Origin: Myxococcales bacterium
GTDB taxonomy: Bacteria > Desulfobacterota > Binatia > HRBIN30
Assembly: GCA_037445065.1 (NCBI GenBank)
Contig: JBBILD010000012.1
Span: 53,624 to 117,623, forward strand
Length of the DNA: 64,000 nt
Reading direction: 5' to 3'
Shown: in pieces, positions 9,952-20,197 of the stretch
Position numbering within the stretch: the stretch's first letter is position 1
Layout of the letters: every line of letters starts with the position of its first letter
Made by a program: the position numbers and the translations under genes
Notes under the pieces: generated by a model
What the model saw: only the letters and a program-made list of their open reading frames with translations
What the model was told of the DNA's origin: nothing
Databases searched by the model: none

Positions 9952-10550
9952 GCGTACCTCCGCAACACGGCAATCACCACGCCGCGGATCGCTACGTCTT
10001 CAGCCCGGGCGACGATCGGCGGCATCGTGGGATGGGCGGGCACCAAACGCACCTGCCCGTGTCCGTCGTGGTAGAAGCGCTTTACTGTCGCTTCCCCGCG
10101 CACCAAAGCTACCACCGTCTCGCCGTTTTCTGCCGTAGCCCGCTCCTCGACGACGATGTAGTCGCCGTCGAAAATGCCGTCCTGAATCATCGAATCGCCT
10201 CGAACTCGGAGCACGAAGCTGTTCGGACGGCGCACGAATGACTCTGGCACCGCAAACGTATCGTCCTGCTCCAACGGCTCGATCGGCTGACCAGCCGCCA
10301 CGTAGCCCAGGAGCGGCAGCTCGACCGCCGCGGCCCGTCCGCCACGCGGCACGATTTCGATGGAGCGGCTCAGGTTGGAGCGGCGGCGGATCCAGCCCCT
10401 TTGCTCGAGGTTCGTGAGGTGTTTGTGTACCGTAGCCACCGAAGAAAGGTGGAAGCGCTGGCCAATTTCTTCCAGGGTCGGCGCATACCCGTTGCGTTCG
10501 ATGAACTCGCGGATGAAGTCGTAGATTTCCTTTTGCCGCTTGGTGACCAC
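9948..10550 (-). CDS. lexA: SOS repressor LexA
   Basis: TKRQKEIYDFI winged HTH, cleavage site VAAG, catalytic Ser (VRGDSM) and Lys (ATVKR). Confidence 0.96.
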   Translation of the reverse strand: MVTKRQKEIYDFIREFIERNGYAPTLEEIGQRFHLSSVATVHKHLTNLEQRGWIRRRSNLSRSIEIVPRGGRAAAVELPLLGYVAAGQPIEPLEQDDTFAVPESFVRRPNSFVLRVRGDSMIQDGIFDGDYIVVEERATAENGETVVALVRGEATVKRFYHDGHGQVRLVPAHPTMPPIVARAEDVAIRGVVIAVLRRYA

Positions 10551-10589
10551 GAACCGCCTCTTCTGTACCCTGGCCGCACCTGCTGTGCG

Positions 10590-10614
10590 CTTCGGCTAGC
10601 GAAGGAACAGCGAA
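10590..10614. promoter_or_regulatory. Candidate LexA operator
   Basis: Direct repeat AGCGAA-N5-AGCGAA (10598-10614, 11-bp period) overlapping the inverted repeat CTTCG-N5-CGAAG (10590-10604), 40-64 bp upstream of lexA. Confidence 0.4.
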
Positions 10615-10673
10615 ACCGCAACCAGAACGGCACCGTTGCAGCCTGGCGGGGGCAAAGGTATCGGCCTTGCGCC

Positions 10674-12491
10674 ATGACCACAGCCAGCACTCCCGGCTCA
10701 CGGGCAGCACGCGAACCCCGCTGGGATCTTCGCGCTCTCTACCGCGGACTCGATGACCCCCAATTAGAAAGCGATCTCGACCACTCGCTGGCTTGGGCCC
10801 TCGACTTCCGCCAGCGACTGAGCGGCCGGATGGCCGAACTCGACGCCACCGCTCTGGCGAGGGCGGTGGAGGAACTCGAGGCCATTTCCGAACTGGTCGG
10901 CCGTTACACTGCGTTTGCAGAGCTGTTGCATGCGGCGGACGCCCGTCCTCCGGCGCATGGCGCCCTCTTGTCACGGGTCCAGACGCGCGCCTCGGAAGTG
11001 CGCCAGGCGCTGCTGTTCTTCGAACTCGAATGGATACGCTTGCCTGAGAACCAAAGCCAGGCCTTGCTCGCCGATGACGCGCTGGCTCGCTACCGGCACT
11101 TCCTGCGCCGGCTGTTGCACTACCGCCCACACGTGCTGAGCGAAGCCGAGGAGCGGATCTTGGAGGAGAAGGCCAACACGGGGGCGCGCGCCTTTGCTCG
11201 TTTGTTCGACGAGGAGCTGAGCCTCTCGACGTTCCGTGTGCGTCACGATGGCGGGGAGCGCGAACTCACCGAGAGCGAGGTGCTGGCCTTGCTCTACGAA
11301 CCGGATCGCGAGTTGCGCCGCGCGGCGGCCGAGGGACTGAGCCGCGGGCTCGAACAGCAAGCGCGCCGCCTCGCCTACATTTGGAACGTGCTGGTGCAAG
11401 ACCACGCTTCCGACGACCGCTTGCGCGGTTATTCCGACCCCATGCAGGCGCGCCACCTCGCCAACGAAGTCAGCGCAACCGTGGTCAACACCCTGCTTTC
11501 CACCTGCGAGCAGCATTACGAGCTCGCCCAACGCTATTACCGGCTCAAGCAACGGCTGCTCGGGCTCGACACCCTTTTCGATTACGACCGCTACGCGCCG
11601 GTCGCCGCCGCGTTGCCGAGCGCGGACTGGGAACAGGCGAAGCGCACGGTCCTGTCAGCCTTCGCTCGCTTTTCTCCAACTATGGCCGACATCGCCCGCC
11701 GCTTTTTCGAAGGGCAATGGATTGACGCCGAGCCGCGTCCCGGCAAGCGCGGGGGTGCTTTTAGCTCGGCCACCGTTCCCTCCGCGCACCCGTTCGTGCT
11801 GTTGAATTTTACCGGCCGCCTGCACGACGTCATGACCCTGGCTCATGAACTGGGGCATGGCGTCCACCAGTACCTGGCGCGCAAGCAAGGGTACTTGCAG
11901 ATGGATTCGCCCCTTACGCTGGCGGAGACCGCAAGTGTGTTCGGGGAAATGCTCGTGTTCCAGTCGCTCAAGGCGGAACTCGAGACCCCCGCGCAACGTT
12001 TGGCACTGCTCTGCCACAAACTCGAAGACACCATCGCGACCGTGTTCCGCCAGGTCACCCTCACCCGCTTCGAGCAAAGGGTGCACGCGGAATATCGGCA
12101 ACAGGGCGAACTCGCGCCCGAGCGCTTGAGCGAGCTGTGGCAGGAAGAAAACGCCCGCCTGTACGGAGACGCGGTGCGGCTCAGCGAGGGCTACCGGTGG
12201 TGGTGGTCGTACATTCCGCACTTCGTCCACACACCTTTTTACTGTTACGCCTACGCCTTCGGTGAACTGGTCGTGCTCTCACTCTTCGAACTGTACCAGC
12301 AGCAAGGCTCTGACTTTGTGCCCCAGTACCTGGCCCTGTTGGAACGCGGCGGGTCTGCTTCACCCGATGAACTACTCGAACCGTTCGGCATTCGGCTCGA
12401 GCAGCCCGACTGCTGGCGGCTCGGACTCAGGCCCTTGCAGCGCTTGCTAGCCGAGGCCGAGGAGCTGGCCGCGGCAGTGATGGGCGGCTGA
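10674..12491 (+). CDS. pepF: M3B oligoendopeptidase F
   Basis: WDLRALY start, GKRGGAF, zinc motif TLAHELGH, LAETAS and WSYIPHF...FYCYAY. Confidence 0.92.
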   Translation: MTTASTPGSRAAREPRWDLRALYRGLDDPQLESDLDHSLAWALDFRQRLSGRMAELDATALARAVEELEAISELVGRYTAFAELLHAADARPPAHGALLSRVQTRASEVRQALLFFELEWIRLPENQSQALLADDALARYRHFLRRLLHYRPHVLSEAEERILEEKANTGARAFARLFDEELSLSTFRVRHDGGERELTESEVLALLYEPDRELRRAAAEGLSRGLEQQARRLAYIWNVLVQDHASDDRLRGYSDPMQARHLANEVSATVVNTLLSTCEQHYELAQRYYRLKQRLLGLDTLFDYDRYAPVAAALPSADWEQAKRTVLSAFARFSPTMADIARRFFEGQWIDAEPRPGKRGGAFSSATVPSAHPFVLLNFTGRLHDVMTLAHELGHGVHQYLARKQGYLQMDSPLTLAETASVFGEMLVFQSLKAELETPAQRLALLCHKLEDTIATVFRQVTLTRFEQRVHAEYRQQGELAPERLSELWQEENARLYGDAVRLSEGYRWWWSYIPHFVHTPFYCYAYAFGELVVLSLFELYQQQGSDFVPQYLALLERGGSASPDELLEPFGIRLEQPDCWRLGLRPLQRLLAEAEELAAAVMGG

Positions 12492-12534
12492 GGCAGCTTG
12501 TGACTCTGCGCGGCGAGGACTACAGGACACACCC

Positions 12535-12861
12535 ATGCAGATCCTCATGGTCAAGAAGCGCCTTGCGGACGGCTCCGAGTGCCGCAAGTGCCGAGAGGTG
12601 ACGGAACTTCTCCAAGGGAAAGGCCTATGGGCCCGCATTGACGAGGTGGTGTGGGCCGACGAGCGCGACCCGCAAAGCCCTGGCATGCAACTGAGCCGCA
12701 CGCTCGGAGTTGACCGCGCGCCGTTCTTTGTGGTGCGCGACGACACGACCGAGACGGTCTACACCAACGTCTTGCAACTCATCCGGGAACGGCTCCGCAC
12801 AAGCCTCACCAGCACAGAAAAAGCCTGTGCGATCGACCCGGATGACGTCGGCGGGATCTAA
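12535..12861 (+). CDS. Small thioredoxin/glutaredoxin-like protein
   Basis: 108 aa with CRKC near the N-terminus and a later cis-Pro-like GVDRAPFFVV; convergent with cysH. Confidence 0.55.
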   Translation: MQILMVKKRLADGSECRKCREVTELLQGKGLWARIDEVVWADERDPQSPGMQLSRTLGVDRAPFFVVRDDTTETVYTNVLQLIRERLRTSLTSTEKACAIDPDDVGGI

Positions 12862-12928
12862 CGGGCACGGGCACTAACCAGCGGGGAGTGGCGGGGCGGG
12901 GCTTCCCCCTGATCCACCCGACCTCCGC

Positions 12929-13657
12929 TCAGCGCACGTTGCCCGCGTGCAGACCGCACTCTTTTTGCGTTTCCTCTTCCCACCACCAGCGCCCCGCTCG
13001 CTCGTGCTCTCCTGGATTGGTCGGGCGAGTGCACGGTTCGCAGCCGATCGAAATGAAGCCGCGGTTGTGCAGCTCGTTGTAGGGAACGCGGTTCTCGTTG
13101 ATGTAGGCCCACACCTGCTTCGAGGTCCAGTTCGCGAGCGGATTGAACTTCACGAGAGGCCGCTCCTCTGACCCGAACGTGGGGTCCACTTGAATCACCG
13201 GCACATCGGCGCGGGTGCCCGGGCTTTGGTCGCGCCGCTGGCCGGTCACCCAAGCTTTGAGCGGTGCTAGTGCGCGTACCAAGGGCTCGACCTTGCGAAT
13301 GCCGCAGCACTCCTTGTGGCCGTCTTTGTAAAAGGAAAACAGCCCTTTTTCGCGGACCAGCTTCTCCACTGCCTCCGGACGAGGGAAATACACTTCGATC
13401 GGAATCCCATAGTGCTCGCGAACCTTCTCCAGAAACCGGTAGGTTTCCGCATGCAGGCGACCGGTGTCCAAACTGAACACGCGGAAGTTCCCGCCAATCT
13501 TGTGCGCCATGTCCACGAGCACGACGTCTTCCGCACCGCTGAACGAGATCGCAATTTCTCCCGGATACTCTTTCAGCGCGAGTGCCAAGATGTCGCGCGG
13601 ATGACGGTCCGCGTACTGTGCTGCCAACGCTGAAATCTGGTTCAACGCAATCGCCAT
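12929..13657 (-). CDS. cysH: APS/PAPS reductase, [4Fe-4S] APS-reductase type
   Basis: [34 protein letters not shown] and catalytic ECGLH. Confidence 0.94.
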   Translation of the reverse strand: MAIALNQISALAAQYADRHPRDILALALKEYPGEIAISFSGAEDVVLVDMAHKIGGNFRVFSLDTGRLHAETYRFLEKVREHYGIPIEVYFPRPEAVEKLVREKGLFSFYKDGHKECCGIRKVEPLVRALAPLKAWVTGQRRDQSPGTRADVPVIQVDPTFGSEERPLVKFNPLANWTSKQVWAYINENRVPYNELHNRGFISIGCEPCTRPTNPGEHERAGRWWWEEETQKECGLHAGNVR

Positions 13658-13979
13658 TCCCTGGACTCCTTCTCCTGATCTTCTGCGAGGTTCTCGCCGC
13701 TCCAACGAAGGCGTGTTACCTACGCCCGTGCTCCCTCGCAAGGGCCACGCTTCGCCAGTCGTGGATCGCGCAGCCGACTCGGTTCGTGGCCCCGCAACGC
13801 GGAGGGGCTACTCGGGGTTCGCTGACCCTCTCACGACCGATTTCCACCGCGTTCGCGCTCACGGTAGCCCGGCCGCCGCCCGCTCTCTGCTTCTCCGACT
13901 GCGCCCTCCAGAGACCACCCACTGGGTCTGCTTCCGCGGACGGGCACTCCATCACCTCATGTAAAAATCGGGCATGACG

Positions 13980-16133
13980 TTAGCCCCTAGCCTGCTCCCC
14001 GCAGCGATCCTGCTGGCCGCCGCATCCCTGCAAAGCGTGCAGCACCGCACAAACGACGTGTGCCACATGGACTTCCCCGTCAGGAGCCCCGGCTTGGCAG
14101 ACCGCTGGTGGACTACCGAAAATGCGGTTCACGAGGCGGATGATTTCGTCTACGGTCACGCTGCCGTCCCCGTTGCAGTCTCCCACGCAGCTCACCCGGT
14201 CACCTGGCCCATAGCCGTCGTCCGTGGCTGTCGCACTCGCTGTGGCGACCGGCGAGGGCGTCGGCGAAGCCGGTTCGATCGTCGGACTCAGGGTCACAGA
14301 GGCAATTAGGGTCGGATGCGATCCGGGCGATGCGCTTGGTGTCTGTGTGGCGATCACGAGCGGTGACTCCACCGCTGGCGGGGTCGGAGACAGCACCGGC
14401 GTCGGCGACCGACGCGGCTCGACGCTCACGAGGCCAGTTCGCTCGCTCACCACCACCCATGCGTTTGCGGGCAGCGGCCCCCAACTCTCGACCCGCCCGC
14501 TCGGCCAGCGGACGCGCAGTTCGTCCACGCGGTGTGCCATTCCCAATCCAAAGTGGGCTTCGGCCGGGTCTTGCGAAACGAAGTTGTTCCCACAGCGCAG
14601 CTCGCGCATTTGCTGCAAATTGCCGGCTCGAATCCAGACCCGTGCGCCGATCGCTTCGCGGTTTGCACCGGAGCCGCGCAGGCGCACGGAGAAAAAGTTC
14701 CCGGGTGGCGCGTCGTTTCGATAAAAGCGCGCTTCGCCCGCAATGTTGCCGACAAACACATCGAGGTCCCCATCCCGATCCGCATCGAAGGCAACGACGG
14801 CGCGCCCCTGCCCGCGGTCGTCGAGGCCAAGAGCCTGCGCCTGCTCGATAAAACGGCCGTTCCCTTGATTGACGAACAGCCGCGCAGGGTCTGCGTGGAA
14901 CTCGTGTGCGTTGGGGTCGTCGCTTCGCCAGCCGTTCACGTGAAACAGGTCGAGCCAGCCGTCGTTGTTGAAGTCGGCAAAGGTGGCAGCCCAGCCCCAG
15001 TAGCCTTCCCGCACTCCGGCCAGGTCCGTGACATCGTCAAACGAGCCATCGCCCCGGTTGCGATACAACCGGTTGCCACTCACATACCAGTTGTTGCCGC
15101 GGTTGTCTTGGTCTGGATCCCAGATGCTACTCACGAACCAGTCCAAATCTCCGTCGTTATCGTAGTCTCCGACCGCGGCACCCATCCCGTTCTCGTCCGA
15201 GATCGTTGCATCGGTGATCTCCGTAAACTGCCCTGCCCCTTGGTTGCGGAACACTTTGCTTTGGCGGAAGTCCCCCGCCACCAGCAAGTCCAGCCAGCCG
15301 TCGCTATCGAGGTCGGCGAAATTGCCAGTAAACGAAAGATCGCCGATCTCTCCGGTCGAGAACGTGTATGCCGCCGTGATACCGCTCGGCACGCTGATGT
15401 CCGTAAACGTGCCATCTCCGTTATTGCGCCACAGATGCTCGCTCGAGCCCGGGGGACGAAACTCGCCCCAGTGGGTGAGGAACAAGTCCAAGTCACCATC
15501 ACCGTCCACATCCCCCCAGGAAGCGGAGAACGTATCGCGCGTGGCGCGCAGCCCCGAGCGTTCCGTGACGTCCTCGAACGTACCGTTGCCGAGGTTGCGA
15601 AACAGCCGGATTTGCCCGCGCTGGGGGGTGCGCACCCCGTCACAAAAACCCGTCTTCTGCGGGCAAACCAGCGCGCCTACGAAGAGATCCAAGTACCCGT
15701 CGCCGTCGAAATCCACAAAGCTCGGGCCCACGCTGATCTGGCCCGACAGGTCAACCCCGGCCTGACGGCCGACCTCGTCGAAGGTGCCATCGCCGCGGTT
15801 GCGGAAGAGCCGATTCGGCGCCGCGCTGCCGCCGACCACGTACAAATCGAGCCAGCCGTCACCATCGTAATCGCCCGCTGCCGCTCCCCCGCTGCTCCAT
15901 TCCACACCACTGAGCGTCTCCTCCGCAAAACCGTGAAACGCTACCAAACCACTGGCCGCCGTGTGGTCTTCAAAGCTCCAGTCCGCACGCGCCACCGGTA
16001 CTGGAAGAAACTCGAGGCAAATCCACAGCACCTCGCTCGCGAGCGTCCCCGCCACCCGCAGCCGCCCGCGGCGGAAACGCTGCGTCGCGCGCAGCATCTG
16101 CCCTGCTGGCCAGAGGCGACGTGCCCAGCTCAT
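13980..16133 (-). CDS. Secreted CRTAC1-like protein (FG-GAP propeller plus ASPIC/UnbV) with PT linker and C-terminal dockerin-like module
   Basis: Repeated DxDxDGxLDLxV...NRLxRNxGDGTF units, ASPIC-like AIGARV...HFGLG...VRWPSG, and C-terminal [16 protein letters not shown]. Start codon uncertain. Confidence 0.87.
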   Translation of the reverse strand: MSWARRLWPAGQMLRATQRFRRGRLRVAGTLASEVLWICLEFLPVPVARADWSFEDHTAASGLVAFHGFAEETLSGVEWSSGGAAAGDYDGDGWLDLYVVGGSAAPNRLFRNRGDGTFDEVGRQAGVDLSGQISVGPSFVDFDGDGYLDLFVGALVCPQKTGFCDGVRTPQRGQIRLFRNLGNGTFEDVTERSGLRATRDTFSASWGDVDGDGDLDLFLTHWGEFRPPGSSEHLWRNNGDGTFTDISVPSGITAAYTFSTGEIGDLSFTGNFADLDSDGWLDLLVAGDFRQSKVFRNQGAGQFTEITDATISDENGMGAAVGDYDNDGDLDWFVSSIWDPDQDNRGNNWYVSGNRLYRNRGDGSFDDVTDLAGVREGYWGWAATFADFNNDGWLDLFHVNGWRSDDPNAHEFHADPARLFVNQGNGRFIEQAQALGLDDRGQGRAVVAFDADRDGDLDVFVGNIAGEARFYRNDAPPGNFFSVRLRGSGANREAIGARVWIRAGNLQQMRELRCGNNFVSQDPAEAHFGLGMAHRVDELRVRWPSGRVESWGPLPANAWVVVSERTGLVSVEPRRSPTPVLSPTPPAVESPLVIATQTPSASPGSHPTLIASVTLSPTIEPASPTPSPVATASATATDDGYGPGDRVSCVGDCNGDGSVTVDEIIRLVNRIFGSPPAVCQAGAPDGEVHVAHVVCAVLHALQGCGGQQDRCGEQARG

Positions 16134-16333
16134 GCCACTGCACCCCGCTTCCCGCTTGCATACTCCGCAGGAAGAACGGATGGCAAGGAACAAAGTGCAG
16201 CCTATGCCACCCCGCACGCCCCCCTGCCGAGCAGCTCCTCACCGTTTCGCCGGCCACGCCCCTCAACCCGGCTGGGAAACAATTGCGGCCCGGCGCGAAA
16301 GCATTTAGATCGCTGGCTCTGCGAGGGAGGAAC

Positions 16334-16963
16334 ATGGCCAATCTCAAGTCGAAGCACGTGGTGTGGCACCCGGGGATGGTGACCAAAGAAGACCGCGAGG
16401 CCATCACCGGGCATCGCGCGTGTACGATTTGGCTCACGGGGCTTCCCGCCTCTGGCAAATCCACCATTGCCGTGGCACTCGAGAAAGCGCTGTGGGAGCG
16501 TGGCGTTCACGCTTTTGTGCTCGACGGCGACAACATCCGCCACGGCTTGAACCGTGACCTGGGTTTCTCCCCCAAAGATCGCGAGGAAAACATCCGCCGG
16601 ATCGGCGAAGTCGCCAAGCTGTTCACCACCGCGGGGGTGATCAACATCACGGCCTTCATTTCACCATACCGTGCGGATCGTGATCGCGTGCGGGCGCTCA
16701 TGCAGGCCGGAGAGTTCATCGAAGTGTTCGTGGACTGCCCGCTCGAGGTTTGCGAGCAGCGCGACCCCAAGGGCCACTACAAAAAGGCACGTGCTGGAGA
16801 GATCCCGGAATTCACAGGAGTCTCTGCACCCTACGAGCCGCCGCTCCACCCCGAACTGATTTTGCACACCGATCGCGAATCGGAAGCCGAGTGTGTGGCC
16901 CGGGTTCTCCGGTACTTAGAAGAGCACCAGTACATCCCCCCAGTAGAGGATGCTCAGCGTTAG
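16334..16963 (+). CDS. cysC: Adenylyl-sulfate kinase
   Basis: [34 protein letters not shown] and [16 protein letters not shown] before the ATG. Confidence 0.96.
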   Translation: MANLKSKHVVWHPGMVTKEDREAITGHRACTIWLTGLPASGKSTIAVALEKALWERGVHAFVLDGDNIRHGLNRDLGFSPKDREENIRRIGEVAKLFTTAGVINITAFISPYRADRDRVRALMQAGEFIEVFVDCPLEVCEQRDPKGHYKKARAGEIPEFTGVSAPYEPPLHPELILHTDRESEAECVARVLRYLEEHQYIPPVEDAQR

Positions 16964-17018
16964 GCCGGAAACCAACGCTCCCTTGACCGCCGCTCACAAC
17001 GGTTGGTAACGCAAGCGC

Positions 17019-18260
17019 ATGTCCCCACAGCTCGGCAACCTCAGCGGTATCCGCATTCTCGAGCGAAGCGGGGAGTGCGCCGCGTTAGCTGGAAAGTTTC
17101 TCGCGGAACTCGGCGCCGAGGTGATCAAGGTGGAACCACCACAGGGCGAGCCGAGCCGCCGTCGTGGTCCCTTCATCGGGGAGGAGAACCCTGAACGCTC
17201 CGTTCCCTTTCTGGCTTACAACACCAGCAAGCGTGGCATTACGCTGGCTAGCCACCATCCTCGGGCCCGTGCTGTCTGGCGGGCGTTGGTCGAGAGTGCC
17301 GACGTGGTGCTCTACTCCGTAGGCGACGAAGACTCCCGGGCTTGGGGACCTCTCCCCGCCAGCGACGAGGACATGCTGGCGTGGAACCCGCGACTCGTGG
17401 TTTGCCGGGTGAGTCCGTTTGGCCACGGAGGGCCCTACGCAAGCCGCCGCGGCTCCGATCTGACCGTGGTCGCCCTCGGCGGAAACCTCTATCCAACCGG
17501 GAATCCAGACCGTGCTCCGGTGCGTTGCAGCCTTCCCGTTTCCCACTTCCACGGCGGGATCGAAGCCGCCGTGGCGGTCAGTTTTGGACTCTGGGGAGTC
17601 GCCACACGGGGCCACGGCGACACTCTCGATGTCTCGCTGCAAGCGTGCATGGTCATGCCAAACATGACGACACCGATGCAGTTCCCGTTTACGGGTTTCG
17701 CCGGTAAGCGCGTGGGCGGCGGGTTTCGCGGCGCACGGGCGTTCTTCCGCGAGCTCTGGCCCTGCAAAGACGGCTACGTTTCGTTCGCCCTGCGCGGCGG
17801 TCCGGCGCGCATTCCTGGCATCAAGGCTCTGGTGCAATACATGGACGAGTGCGGCATGGCCCCACCGGCGCTGCGCGACCGCAACTGGGACGAATACAAC
17901 CACAACGTGATCACACAAGCAGAGGTGGACGAAATCGAAGAGGCTCTGGCCGCGTTCTTTCGCACCAAGACCATGCAGGAACTGTTCGAGGTTGCCTGCG
18001 CGCGGAACTTGCTTTTGGCGCCGGCGAACACGGCGCGCGAAATTGTCTCCTCTCGCCAACTTGCCGCGCGCGAGTTTTTCGTGCGCATCGAGGACCCCAA
18101 ACGCTCCCTCACCCTGTTGTACCCGGGCGCTTTTGCCCGCAACAGTTTGGGCAACATCCGCGTGCGCGGTCCTGCGCCCATGCTTGGCGAGCACAACGCC
18201 GAGGTGTATGCCGCTCTCGGCTTTGACCCCGTGGGGCTCGCCAAGGAAGGTGTGATCTGA
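17019..18260 (+). CDS. Family III (CaiB/BaiF) CoA-transferase subunit, probably non-catalytic
   Basis: LAELGAEVIKVEPPQG, NTSKRGITL and APMLGEHN; catalytic Asp position reads His (VSHFHGG). Confidence 0.88.
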   Translation: MSPQLGNLSGIRILERSGECAALAGKFLAELGAEVIKVEPPQGEPSRRRGPFIGEENPERSVPFLAYNTSKRGITLASHHPRARAVWRALVESADVVLYSVGDEDSRAWGPLPASDEDMLAWNPRLVVCRVSPFGHGGPYASRRGSDLTVVALGGNLYPTGNPDRAPVRCSLPVSHFHGGIEAAVAVSFGLWGVATRGHGDTLDVSLQACMVMPNMTTPMQFPFTGFAGKRVGGGFRGARAFFRELWPCKDGYVSFALRGGPARIPGIKALVQYMDECGMAPPALRDRNWDEYNHNVITQAEVDEIEEALAAFFRTKTMQELFEVACARNLLLAPANTAREIVSSRQLAAREFFVRIEDPKRSLTLLYPGAFARNSLGNIRVRGPAPMLGEHNAEVYAALGFDPVGLAKEGVI

Positions 18261-19492
18261 TGGCAGCCGCGCCTTCGTGGTTCGAAGGGATCAAGATTCT
18301 CGAGTTCGGCGGTGGTGCGGCTGGCCCGCTCGCCAGCCGCTACTTTGCCGACTTTGGCGCCACGGTGGTACGCGTAGAGAGCCGCCTGCGGCCCGACTTT
18401 ATTCGCTTGCTGCGCTACAAGCCCGGCGATCCGCACGGTTTCGACGGCAGCCACATGTTCGCGATGGTAAATCCGAACAAGCTGGGCATTGCCCTCAACA
18501 TGAATCACCCGCGCGCACGGGAGGTGGCGCTGCGCCTGGTCGATTGGTGCGACGTGTTGGCGGAAAACTTCGCCCCAGGAATCCTGGCGCGCTGGGGCCT
18601 GGATTACCCGACACTGGCCGCGCGCAAGCCCGAGCTGATCATGATCAGTACCTGCCTCAATGGGCAGACCGGTCCGGACCGCAACTACCCAGGTTTTGGC
18701 GGCCAAGGCTCGGCGCTCGCTGGGTTCAACCATCTCACCGGCTGGCCGGACCGCGAACCGCTCGGCCCCTACGGTACGATTACCGACTCGCTCGCACCCC
18801 GCTTCGTCGCCCTCCTCGTGGCTTCTGCCCTTCTCTACCGGCAGCGCACTGGCAAGGGGCAGTACATTGACTTTTCCCAGGTCGAAGGCGGGATCGCCTG
18901 CTTGAGCGAGAACATCCTGACCTTCACCGCCACCGGCGAAGTGCTGACCCGCCGCGGAAATCAATCCCGCTACGCAGCCCCGCACGGGGTTTACCGGTGC
19001 GCGCCGCGCGGCGACGACGACGATCGCTGGCTTGCCTTGGCCGTGCACAACGAGGAAGATTGGCGCACGCTGCGCCGCATCATGGGTGAGCCGGGTTGGG
19101 CGCAGGACCGTCGCTTCGACACCGTGGCCGGCCGACTGCAACACGCCGCCGAGTTGGATTGCGCCATCGAAGGCTGGACCCGCCAGCACGACAACGAGCG
19201 GCTGGCAGCGCAGCTTGCGGAGGCCGGTCTCGACGCAGCACCGGTGTGGAACTTTCCTGAACTGCTGGCAGATCCGCAACTGGCTCACCGGCGTCACTTC
19301 CGTTCCGTGCAGCATCCCGTGATCGGAGAACACCTGTGCGAGCGCCCCGCCTTTCACTCCGCGCGGATGGACGCCGAGATTCGCCGCCCCGCACCTTGTT
19401 TGGGGGAGCACACCGAGCTGGTTTGCCGCGAGCTACTAGGGATGAAGCCCGAAGAGTTCGAAGAGCTGCGCGCCGCTGGCGTGTTCGAGTGA
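18260..19492 (+). CDS. Family III (CaiB/BaiF) CoA-transferase subunit
   Basis: FADFGATVVRVES, ENFAPG, ITDSLAP (Asp retained) and APCLGEHT; TGATG overlap with the previous gene. Confidence 0.9.
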   Translation: MAAAPSWFEGIKILEFGGGAAGPLASRYFADFGATVVRVESRLRPDFIRLLRYKPGDPHGFDGSHMFAMVNPNKLGIALNMNHPRAREVALRLVDWCDVLAENFAPGILARWGLDYPTLAARKPELIMISTCLNGQTGPDRNYPGFGGQGSALAGFNHLTGWPDREPLGPYGTITDSLAPRFVALLVASALLYRQRTGKGQYIDFSQVEGGIACLSENILTFTATGEVLTRRGNQSRYAAPHGVYRCAPRGDDDDRWLALAVHNEEDWRTLRRIMGEPGWAQDRRFDTVAGRLQHAAELDCAIEGWTRQHDNERLAAQLAEAGLDAAPVWNFPELLADPQLAHRRHFRSVQHPVIGEHLCERPAFHSARMDAEIRRPAPCLGEHTELVCRELLGMKPEEFEELRAAGVFE

Positions 19493-19504
19493 ACGAGAGC
19501 GACA

Positions 19505-20161
19505 ATGCCGATGGAAGGAGCCACCTTACAGCCACAGGCGGCCGCGCTGTGCGTGGTCGAAATGCAAAACGACATGGTGCACGAATCGAACATTGGCCAG
19601 CGCGGCATCGGTGCCGCCTTAGCCGGGGCAGTCCAAGAGCGCGGCGTCATCCCGCGCTTGGCGGCGGTGATTCAGGCAGCGCGCTCGGTAAAGGTTCCGG
19701 TCTTTTACATCAACGTCGCGTTGCGGCCCGATTTACCCCGGCCGAACACCCTGCTGCACCGGCGGGCGCAGCGGCGGCCAACCTTGATCGCGGGTACGTG
19801 GGGGGCGTTAACGCACGAGGCACTGGCGCCTCAGGAAGGCGATTTCGTGCTCGAACGCACCGTCGGCATTGACGGCTCTTACGGCACGCAACTCTACCCC
19901 TTGCTGAGCCTTCTGCGCCGCTCGCAACTGGTGGTCGCCGGCGTGTCCACCAATCTCGCGGTCGAAGGGTTGGTGCGCGCCTCGGTAAACCGGAACTTCG
20001 AGGTGTTCGTCATCGAAGACTGCTGTGCCAGCTACCCACCCGAGTGGCACCGCTTCTCAGTGGAAAACATTTTGCCCCTCATTTCAACTGTGACCAACAG
20101 CGACGCCGTGTTGCAGTGCTTCGCAGCGGTAGCTGCCACTACGGTTCCCACTGACTCGTGA
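19505..20161 (+). CDS. Isochorismatase-like cysteine hydrolase family protein
   Basis: VVEMQND, AGVSTNLAVE and VIEDCCAS; the usual nucleophilic Cys (TNxCV) reads Ala. Confidence 0.8.
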   Translation: MPMEGATLQPQAAALCVVEMQNDMVHESNIGQRGIGAALAGAVQERGVIPRLAAVIQAARSVKVPVFYINVALRPDLPRPNTLLHRRAQRRPTLIAGTWGALTHEALAPQEGDFVLERTVGIDGSYGTQLYPLLSLLRRSQLVVAGVSTNLAVEGLVRASVNRNFEVFVIEDCCASYPPEWHRFSVENILPLISTVTNSDAVLQCFAAVAATTVPTDS

Positions 20162-20197
20162 CGCGAGGTGCAAGCATCTGCTCTGGCTTTGCCGCCT

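Noticed and set aside
13660..13975. Possible SAM riboswitch or small ORF (13716-13955) upstream of cysH
   Set aside because: No recognisable SAM-I core and the ORF has no protein-like features; cmscan would be needed.
14532..16382. Long overlapping ORFs (for example 14532-16382 +, 17774-19411 -, 31246-32631 +, 54739-55857 +)
   Set aside because: Antisense or alternate-frame shadows of well-supported genes, expected at high GC.
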